Positions 18,386-24,717 of a stretch of 24,717 bases of DNA are shown in pieces (the first letter of the stretch is position 1; every line of letters starts with the position of its first letter). The notes beneath the pieces are model-generated. The model made no database searches, was not told where the DNA came from, and saw only the letters and a program-made list of their open reading frames with translations. The DNA comes from Candidatus Hodarchaeota archaeon (GTDB lineage Archaea; Asgardarchaeota; Heimdallarchaeia; Hodarchaeales; Hodarchaeaceae). The stretch lies in NCBI GenBank assembly GCA_016839785.1, contig JAEOTQ010000222.1, positions 1 to 24,717 on the forward strand, written 5' to 3'. Both the position numbers and the translations under genes were made by a program.

Positions 18386-19468
18386 TTAACGAGTATCGAG
18401 TGGGGAACTACAAACTTGACAGACTGCCTCGTCCCCCTCAACAATTTTATTTGTATTATTACAGTTATGACAATGTACAAACACTTTTTTTTCTGCAAAA
18501 CAACCAAAAGTACCTTTACCAGCTAAAATCGTCTTATCTGCTTGCTCTTTCATCTTTTTGAAAAGGGGATTTGATAAATCCTCTAAACTAGAGATGACAC
18601 TTTGCCGATCAAGATTCTGTTTTTTCGAATTGGCTTTTTCTTGGAGGTATGCTTTACGTTCACCAGGAGACATTTTTTCAAGTCGTTGTAACTCTTTCAA
18701 TCGAAGAGTATACTTATTTCGTTGTTCTAAAGACATAGAATTGAGGGTTTGAGGGGAAAATGCTGATAATTCTTCTAGAGATAGCTCTGAGAAGTTTACA
18801 TGTGAAACATTTGCTGAAGGGCTAGGGATGTGTGTAGGAGAGCTGATTGTCCCTGGAGGTGGTGGAGGAGGAGGATTGACTGATTGAAAACTAGAAGGGG
18901 ATATTGTAGGGGATTGTTTTGTGGTTAATTGAGTGAGATTAGATGTGATACTATCTCGGACTGTTCCACTAATCTCTTCGATGACTGTTGATAAATAATC
19001 CTTAGAGGTCAATTCATGTTGTTTACTTTCTAAGGATTTCATTTGTGTCTCTAATTCACCAAGACGAGAAATTAATTCAAGTAATCGCTGATCATTCTTA
19101 GATTCTTTGAGTTCTTGCTCAACATTATTCAATTCTTTCTGATTATGACAAATATAACAGACATCGTTTATTAATTCATCTTTTAATGTCCTTCTACCAC
19201 AGTTTTGGCAGATTGTAAACATTATTCTAAGTTCAGTAAGAGCAGTTTGGATTCGTTTATTGTTTGAATTAAAATTAGTCTTAGTATAACGAGGATCTCT
19301 TGCAATTACAGGTTTTTGAATTATTACGGAGGATTTCATTGACCAGTCTTTATTATAAATTGATCCTAGTTGTTGAAGAGCCTTTTCAATATTATTAGAA
19401 TGGTTCTTTTTTTCAGGGAGAGAGGATTTGGGTTTGCCATCAATAGATAACTTGATTCCTTTTGACAT
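18386..19468 (-). CDS. Multidomain protein: Zn ribbon, coiled coil, Ser/Pro-rich linker with P7, helical region, C-terminal Zn ribbon
   Basis: CQNC...CYIC; coiled coil; NPPPPPPPG (18854-18874); C-terminal CHNC...CQVC. Confidence 0.85.
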   Translation of the reverse strand: MSKGIKLSIDGKPKSSLPEKKNHSNNIEKALQQLGSIYNKDWSMKSSVIIQKPVIARDPRYTKTNFNSNNKRIQTALTELRIMFTICQNCGRRTLKDELINDVCYICHNQKELNNVEQELKESKNDQRLLELISRLGELETQMKSLESKQHELTSKDYLSTVIEEISGTVRDSITSNLTQLTTKQSPTISPSSFQSVNPPPPPPPGTISSPTHIPSPSANVSHVNFSELSLEELSAFSPQTLNSMSLEQRNKYTLRLKELQRLEKMSPGERKAYLQEKANSKKQNLDRQSVISSLEDLSNPLFKKMKEQADKTILAGKGTFGCFAEKKVFVHCHNCNNTNKIVEGDEAVCQVCSSPLDTR

Positions 19469-19484
19469 TACTAAATCACATATC

Positions 19485-20099
19485 CTACTCTAACAAACTA
19501 GCCTGTTCAAGAAACGATAATGCTACTGCTCGTTCGTTCGTATCAGTACTCGATTGGCTTTCATTGATTACAACTAGTGCAATACGTGCAAGTAAATCAA
19601 AATTTGGATCTAAAATTTGTTGTAATCCAGTTTTAAGAAACTCTGCGGAAGATATATTACGCTCATGAGAGATATTCTCAATTCGATCCAACTCTGATTG
19701 TATCACATCAGTTAATTGTAGATCAATCATTGTTGACAAATTTTGGTCTTTTAGATTATTTTGATCTGAATAAACCTCTGAGTCACTTATTAAGTGTTTA
19801 ATCACGTCCATAGTATCATAAATTAAAATAGACTTGGATTTAACAATATTAGTTTCATAGAATGCTTGCCAATACGATTTATCTGGGATACCAATAAACC
19901 GTTGGCGCTGGCCTTTGGGTTGAGAAATATTGACTACTGCGATTTCTTGTTTATCAACTAATCGCGCTATAGAACCATCAATTTTACCTCTACTCCACTT
20001 CAACCGAATGACTAGATCATTAATTGTCACTGGACGTTCAAATTTTGAAAGTCTGTGGAGTAATTCTTGATCTGTTTCTTCAGCATTTCCTCGAGGCAA
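19485..20099 (-). CDS. Putative DNA-binding regulator: N-terminal winged HTH, possible C-terminal ribbon-helix-helix-like region
   Basis: PVTINDLVIRLKWSRGKIDGSIARLVDKQEI followed by a wing hairpin; ELDRIENISHERNISSAEFLKTGL resembles CopG helices. It lies 16 nt upstream of the poly-Pro gene on the same strand. Confidence 0.7.
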   Translation of the reverse strand: MPRGNAEETDQELLHRLSKFERPVTINDLVIRLKWSRGKIDGSIARLVDKQEIAVVNISQPKGQRQRFIGIPDKSYWQAFYETNIVKSKSILIYDTMDVIKHLISDSEVYSDQNNLKDQNLSTMIDLQLTDVIQSELDRIENISHERNISSAEFLKTGLQQILDPNFDLLARIALVVINESQSSTDTNERAVALSFLEQASLLE

Positions 20100-20572
20100 G
20101 ACTTTCTTACACCATTTTTTGTTAAATCGATTTAAATCAAATTTGAATGTATATTCGCTTGATTCTTACTAATAATAACATTTAGACAAGACTAAAATTC
20201 TGCAGTTATAATATCCCAATTTCCTGCTTGGGAAGTACTGAATTTCATTTAGATTCGATATCTACTTGACTATATAACTTTATTTCTAGATTGATGATTT
20301 AGGTCGGGTAATCTATTTAATGAAAGGATGTTAAGCGCGCCTATAATCATTTAAAACAAAACGGTTTTTCTTTATTCAAACGTCCCTGCTCAATCCTATT
20401 TCTAATTTGTTGATAGCCGCGGCTACAATGTTTAAAGTTTAAATATTAACAGATTTGGTTCCGTATAAATGGAAGAAAGAAAGAAACTTTAATAGGCCTG
20501 ACCATATCATATTTCGGTAATAGAATAGAAATATTTAGAATATCCTGTACCCTCGTATCTTCAGTTTTATCA

Positions 20573-22468
20573 GTGATACTGAAATCTAGAAAGATATCGG
20601 ATGGATTAAAATTGGAACTGGATATAGATGGATGCAAGGTTGTCCTTTTGGATTTTTTTCAGAAAAAAAAATCTATTCTTCTTAAAGCGTTTAAGTCTAC
20701 AGAAGTTAAAACGTTTCTTGAACCATTAAGCGATATTACAATAATATTTTCAGATATAAAAAAGTCTACTGATTTAAAGGATTATCTCATATCCCTTACT
20801 ATTCCAGAAGAGCATTTAAAAGAAATTTTACAATTTTTTGATCGTCCGTTTCAATCTTCATTTTCTTGGGGATTCCAGGATAAAGAATTCGTCTTCATTC
20901 GTTTAGAAGAGAGCACTAAGCTCTTTCTAAAGAAGAATCGGAAAGGTTTGATTGGATTAGTTGTTCATGAGATTTTACACGGTGTACAACGTCAACGGGG
21001 TCTGGAAATTCGTTTACACGATTCATTGGATTTCAGTTTAGATTTTTTCACCCAATTAGCGGAGGTAATACCTCCAGAGAAATATGATCGAACGCAAATT
21101 ATATCATTTCTAAAAAAGATTTCTCAGATTGCCTTATTCGCGTTGAAAGACATATTTGTTAATGTTGAAATGATAAAACGCGGATTTGCAGAGTGGTTGA
21201 TAATTTTCTATCGCGATGAATTAGGATTTGGGGAAGATCTTGATATTAAACCCCCCCAGTATGAAACTGAGTTTCATAAAGGGGTGATAATGGTAAAGGA
21301 TCTGGATTCATTTGCCGAAGCATTTACCTATACACTCTCCCTTATCCCAATTTGGCTCCCATTCATGGTACTTGAAACTGACTCCAAGGACTATGAGACC
21401 TCCCGTGAATTAAAGCATTTTATTTTTAATAGGTATTATATTAATCCTTCATTTATTACTCGGGAGATGTGGCACATAGAAAATTTATTTTTAGCCAACT
21501 TCTCATTTTCTAAGAGTTTCCATCGGAAGTGGTATGGTGCGGTCTTTAATCTGACTCTTGAATATTTACTCGGTGAAGATTTTCTGTTTTATCACCTCTT
21601 CAAAGCCACTGAACTCTTAGAAGAGCTTTATATTGGCCCGGAAACTGAAGAAAGAAAATCTCTGGCAATGGTTCCAATTTTGAAAGCCACTTACGTTTAC
21701 AGACGTGATAAGCTTATTGGAATACAGAAAAGGAATATTGATGAACTTGACGCAAAAATGCTCCAGTATGAAATTGGGAAGGAAGAGCTTTCTGAGCTCG
21801 AAGAAAGTATTGATCAGTCATTGGAGCATTCAACTTCTCCCGCACATATGTTTGAAAACCTCATGAAGTTATCTATCATGATTATAACACGAGATCTCAG
21901 AGAAAATGTATTTTCTGGTGAGGATTTCAAATTTAAGGTCTTTAGTCGTACAATCCTCTCTCTCCTGCAGGCAATAAATTACTTGGGGGATCAGTGTGAT
22001 AATAAGTATTATCATGAGGTCCGTTTAGGTGTGAAAAGACTTCTTCGAACAGATAATCTGTTTAAACGTAAGAGATGGGCTCTCCTCCTTGAGAATTTTG
22101 CTCAAAATACGATTTTACGAGGAGAAACTGAACCTTTGCAGGTTGAAATCGATGAATTAGTTTATAACTATGACTTCTTCGAAATTCCGTTAACGAATTT
22201 CTTTATAGACCTAGGAGTGTCTTTCATTCAGAACATTAAGACAGTAATGAAAACAGTTCCAATAAACGATGATGAATTCCCATTCTTGACAGCTCAGCTA
22301 ATCAATATGCAACTAGGAGGGCTTCAACTTCCAAGCGAGGATGAGGAGCACTTGAACCTCATGTTTGTAAGCAGTCTTATTGCAACAAAAGGGATTCCAT
22401 ATGTGATGATCCAGAAAATGCTGACGGCGTTTTTACAAACCAAGGTCCCAAAGGAGGAATCAGAATAG
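20573..22468 (+). CDS. Hypothetical helical protein with a zincin-like HExxH motif (putative metallopeptidase)
   Basis: LVVHEILHGVQR (20966-20980) and a downstream helix ALKDIFVNVEMIKRG with a candidate third ligand Asp; no signal peptide. Confidence 0.7.
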   Translation: MILKSRKISDGLKLELDIDGCKVVLLDFFQKKKSILLKAFKSTEVKTFLEPLSDITIIFSDIKKSTDLKDYLISLTIPEEHLKEILQFFDRPFQSSFSWGFQDKEFVFIRLEESTKLFLKKNRKGLIGLVVHEILHGVQRQRGLEIRLHDSLDFSLDFFTQLAEVIPPEKYDRTQIISFLKKISQIALFALKDIFVNVEMIKRGFAEWLIIFYRDELGFGEDLDIKPPQYETEFHKGVIMVKDLDSFAEAFTYTLSLIPIWLPFMVLETDSKDYETSRELKHFIFNRYYINPSFITREMWHIENLFLANFSFSKSFHRKWYGAVFNLTLEYLLGEDFLFYHLFKATELLEELYIGPETEERKSLAMVPILKATYVYRRDKLIGIQKRNIDELDAKMLQYEIGKEELSELEESIDQSLEHSTSPAHMFENLMKLSIMIITRDLRENVFSGEDFKFKVFSRTILSLLQAINYLGDQCDNKYYHEVRLGVKRLLRTDNLFKRKRWALLLENFAQNTILRGETEPLQVEIDELVYNYDFFEIPLTNFFIDLGVSFIQNIKTVMKTVPINDDEFPFLTAQLINMQLGGLQLPSEDEEHLNLMFVSSLIATKGIPYVMIQKMLTAFLQTKVPKEESE

Positions 22469-22506
22469 CTAGATTCGACATCAAACAAGAAAAGGATCTT
22501 TATTTG

Positions 22507-22513
22507 AAAAAAA
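22507..22513 (-). terminator. Oligo-T archaeal terminator after tRNA-Asn
   Basis: A7 on the plus strand (T7 on the minus strand), 5 nt downstream of the discriminator base. Confidence 0.55.
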
Positions 22514-22518
22514 GGGAA

Positions 22519-22685
22519 CGGCACCAGCAGGAGTTTCAGTCAAAAACGCTATGTTTTTAACACTTGAACCTGCGACCACTCGGTGTCTGTGTCTCTTTCA
22601 CAGTGAAAGATACCAATTAACAGCCGAACGCTCTACCTCTTCAGAGATAAAGATTGATTCTTTATCCTAACTGAGCTATGATGCC
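22519..22685 (-). tRNA. trnN: tRNA-Asn(GTT) with three introns: D-loop 17/17a (22639-22668, 30 nt), anticodon 37/38 (22585-22617, 33 nt), T-loop 59/60 (22533-22562, 30 nt)
   Basis: Removing the introns gives a 74-nt cloverleaf: GGCATCA TA GCTC AGTTAGGTA GAGC G TTCGG CTGTTAA CCGAG TGGTC GCAGG TTCAAGT CCTGC TGGTGCC G. G73 fits Asn and CCA is not encoded. Each junction has a 4-bp central helix (TCAG/CTGA, CTGT/ACAG, TTCA/TGAA) with BHB or relaxed-BHB bulges. Confidence 0.93.
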
Positions 22686-22701
22686 TTTTTTATTAAGAAT
22701 G

Positions 22702-22807
22702 TGGGCCTGGGGGGATTTGAACCCACGAACCATCCGGTTATGAGCCGGACGCTCTAACCATTTCAGAGGGTAAAGACGTTATACGTCCTAGACTGAGCTA
22801 CAGGCCC
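22702..22807 (-). tRNA. trnI: tRNA with CAT anticodon, most likely tRNA-Ile2 (agmatidine type), with a 30-nt D-loop intron (22761-22790)
   Basis: Spliced form: GGGCCTG TA GCTC AGTCTGGTTA GAGC G TCCGG CTCATAA CCGGA TGGTTC GTGGG TTCAAAT CCCCC CAGGCCC A. G1-C72 and the lack of the three G-C anticodon-stem pairs exclude initiator Met, and the GGGCC acceptor is Ile-like. Intron junction helix is TCAG/CTGA. Confidence 0.88.
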
Positions 22808-22836
22808 AATAGATGTTATAGTGTTGTGTTACTTTA

Positions 22837-22844
22837 TTATTTAA
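22837..22844 (-). promoter_or_regulatory. TATA box for the tRNA-Ile2/tRNA-Asn transcript
   Basis: TTAAATAA on the minus strand, 30-37 nt upstream of the mature 5' end at 22807. Confidence 0.55.
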
Positions 22845-22866
22845 GTGATTTCAGATCCTCTGATAT

Positions 22867-23418
22867 TTATGTATTTATGACGTATAAACCATCTTGGAAG
22901 ACAGTTGGATCTTTACTTCTTCGTCCTCGCAATCTTGATGATTCTGCCAAGCGTGCAGCAGCTTGCGAAACCATTTCTTTGTTAATTCCAGTTAGAGTCA
23001 CAATTTCACCTTTAACTTTGATATCGACTGATGGATCAAACGGAACTTTTATGGGATCCCTTCTTCCATATAAATTCTTAATGAGAACGACTGATTTTTG
23101 TACTTCTACCGTAGCAGGAAAGTGAGAAGTGATAATTTGCACCTGATAGGTATATAACTCTTGTACACCTTTGATCATGTTATTCAAATGACCTGTAATG
23201 GTTCCTACCATAGATGCTTCCTTTTTTTTCCCAAAGTGACTACTTATGACGAATTTGTTATCCTCCAATACCATATTGATACTCAGTCTGGTAAAGGATT
23301 TCTCGATATTGCCTTTAGGGCCTTCTATCTTAACTGTATATCCACCACGAATTTGTTTCATATCAACTTTGATATTGTTAGGGATTTCAACTGTTTTCTC
23401 AATAGCATAGTGCGTCAT
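22867..23418 (-). CDS. rpl6: 50S ribosomal protein uL6 (archaeal L6P)
   Basis: VKIEGPKGNIEKSF, GTITGHLNNMIKGV, SHFP, IKNLYG, GINKEMVSQAAARL, KDPTVFQDGLYV. Confidence 0.97.
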   Translation of the reverse strand: MTHYAIEKTVEIPNNIKVDMKQIRGGYTVKIEGPKGNIEKSFTRLSINMVLEDNKFVISSHFGKKKEASMVGTITGHLNNMIKGVQELYTYQVQIITSHFPATVEVQKSVVLIKNLYGRRDPIKVPFDPSVDIKVKGEIVTLTGINKEMVSQAAARLAESSRLRGRRSKDPTVFQDGLYVINT

Positions 23419-23437
23419 CGGTCTTTTCCTTCCATAA

Positions 23438-23824
23438 TTAATATACGTAAGCTAATAATCGTCCACCAAGATTTTTATCTGCAGCTTCATGATGTGACAT
23501 AACTCCTTCTGAGGTTGAAACCACAAGAACTCCCATATCTCTTGCAGGAAGGAACCTTTTCTCCCACTCTACATAATCTTGTACTTTAACTGGATATCTT
23601 GGCTTAATAACACCAATCTTCGTAATTCGGCCTAAGAGCTGAACTGAGATAATCCATAAATCTTCCATAACTTCAAATTCGCCAATGGTCCCATATTTTT
23701 GTATCACTCGCAGAACATTTGCTATAATCCTGCTCGCTGGTCTAATTGTAACTTCCTTGCGACCAAGAACTTCTGCGTTTGCTATTGTGGACATCGCATT
23801 AGCTAAGGGGTCATGCATAACCAT
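23438..23824 (-). CDS. rps8: 30S ribosomal protein uS8 (archaeal S8P)
   Basis: [58 protein letters not shown]. Confidence 0.97.
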   Translation of the reverse strand: MVMHDPLANAMSTIANAEVLGRKEVTIRPASRIIANVLRVIQKYGTIGEFEVMEDLWIISVQLLGRITKIGVIKPRYPVKVQDYVEWEKRFLPARDMGVLVVSTSEGVMSHHEAADKNLGGRLLAYVY

Positions 23825-24042
23825 AATTTTCTTCTCTTTTGGGATTGATTCATATGAAAATGGCTAGTAAAGCCGAATTATTGGAGTAGAAAGGCCTACT
23901 TTGCCTTAGTATCCATCTATACCGTCCATGAACCCACTTGTTAAAGGTTATCGTGAAGTGTGTCGCTGATATTCTTCCATTGTGGATTGTCGATGCTATT
24001 TTAACTTGCACAGGGGAGTTAAAACTTAGGTAGAATTCACAT

Positions 24043-24558
24043 TTACTTCTGTTTTCTTTTGATTTTGGCAATTGAACCAATTGTTGTGGCTCGAGGGATA
24101 ATATCATCAACGCTGGAGCTTTCTTCAGAAATTTCAGTTTTGAGCTCAATATCTAGTTCTCGCTCAATCTTGGCCACCACTCTATCTGTAGGTATTACTT
24201 TCTCCGCTTCAATTCGTCCTAGCAATGTTTCTTTTTCCTTGATTAATCCAGCAAACTGAGCACGTCCGTAACCTCGCTCTTTACGTGCTTCTTGGATTAT
24301 GTGACCATATCCATCCACTAGAATTTTATCATGAAGAAAATCCTTTTTTGGAGGTTTTCTTGTTACAGGTTTTGCTTTTGCTCGGGGTTTAGCTTGATGC
24401 TTACTGTATCTTGATCGTTGGTCAGGTTTTGGACGTTTTACTACAGGTTTTCCAAATTTTGCGCATTTTGGACACGCATAAAGTTCTACATGATCAATTT
24501 CAACAAGTGTGATCAGACCTTCAGACCCACACATTTCACATTGCTGTATTTTACTCAA
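24043..24558 (-). CDS. mbf1: Archaeal multiprotein bridging factor aMBF1 (Zn ribbon + HTH_3)
   Basis: CEMCG...ACPKCAKFG; YGHIIQEARKERG...IKEKETLLGRIE...P...KIERELDIEL; C-terminal TTIGSIAKIK. Confidence 0.93.
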   Translation of the reverse strand: MSKIQQCEMCGSEGLITLVEIDHVELYACPKCAKFGKPVVKRPKPDQRSRYSKHQAKPRAKAKPVTRKPPKKDFLHDKILVDGYGHIIQEARKERGYGRAQFAGLIKEKETLLGRIEAEKVIPTDRVVAKIERELDIELKTEISEESSSVDDIIPRATTIGSIAKIKRKQK

Positions 24559-24717
24559 AAATAAGACATCCTCAACATATAAAACTAATTTCAGTATTCA
24601 TTATAACATCTTAGATAAAAATATTAAAATCCAGCTAAGAAGGGTTTGATTTTCTATTATCCTTTGACGGATGTGAGGGGGTATTGAAAATCGTTCTTCT
24701 ACAAATGTGAAAAAAAA

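Noticed and set aside
20100-20572. Replication origin in the long AT-rich gap
   Set aside because: No repeated ORB-like boxes seen and no cdc6/orc1 nearby.
1-22518. Integrated element anchored at the tRNA-Asn 3' end
   Set aside because: No integrase, and I did not find a duplicate of the tRNA 3' end within the window (by-eye search only).
22702-22807. Initiator or elongator tRNA-Met assignment for the CAT tRNA
   Set aside because: It lacks A1-U72 and the three G-C anticodon-stem pairs of initiators, and the GGGCC acceptor stem fits Ile better. Elongator Met is not fully excluded.
23850-24149. 99-aa ORF upstream of uS8 as uS14
   Set aside because: No CxxC...CxxC zinc motif, and it overlaps the aMBF1 3' end out of frame.
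2924-24259. Short shadow ORFs (2924, 7792, 8344, 8911, 12987, 15342, 15794, 18558, 19462, 20446, 22324, 22826, 23161, 23685, 24059)
   Set aside because: Antisense or alternative-frame overlaps of well-supported genes, with no motifs.
1-24717. CRISPR array or rRNA
   Set aside because: No regularly spaced direct repeats or rRNA-like sequence; the surface-protein repeats are protein-level only.

Overview
This is an AT-rich archaeal chromosomal window, shown by archaeal-type uS8, uL6 and aMBF1 and by tRNAs carrying bulge-helix-bulge (BHB) introns. An Asgard/Heimdallarchaeia-like host is my inference from gene style and is not proven. From left to right: a frameshifted IS200/IS605 tnpB running off the left edge, whose RuvC-II site has Gly instead of Glu; a Cys-rich DUF2769-like protein; a 1087-aa surface protein with 8 repeats; a 6.4-kb block of phosphoryl-transfer enzymes (APH-like kinase, surface alkaline phosphatase split at a G8 tract, split and reversed COG0645/COG2187 kinase pair, deoxynucleoside kinase, CYTH, MazG); a HerA-family ATPase; a coiled-coil/wHTH protein; a SatD(palm)-HTH-Mrr-nuclease fusion followed by a decayed second SatD and a DUF3307-like membrane gene, behind an operator-rich promoter; a Zn-finger/coiled-coil/poly-Pro protein with a WH2-like segment; a wHTH regulator; an HExxH protein; two tRNA genes; and an isolated uS8-uL6 pair next to aMBF1. 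The best-supported unusual feature is absent from the ORF track: a tRNA-Asn(GTT) with three introns (D-loop, anticodon loop, T-loop) next to a tRNA-Ile2(CAT) with a related 30-nt D-loop intron at the same site. The best candidates for a new system are the SatD-HTH-Mrr locus and the poly-Pro/WH2-like protein. Several small indels suggest residual assembly error, so frameshift calls need read-level checks.
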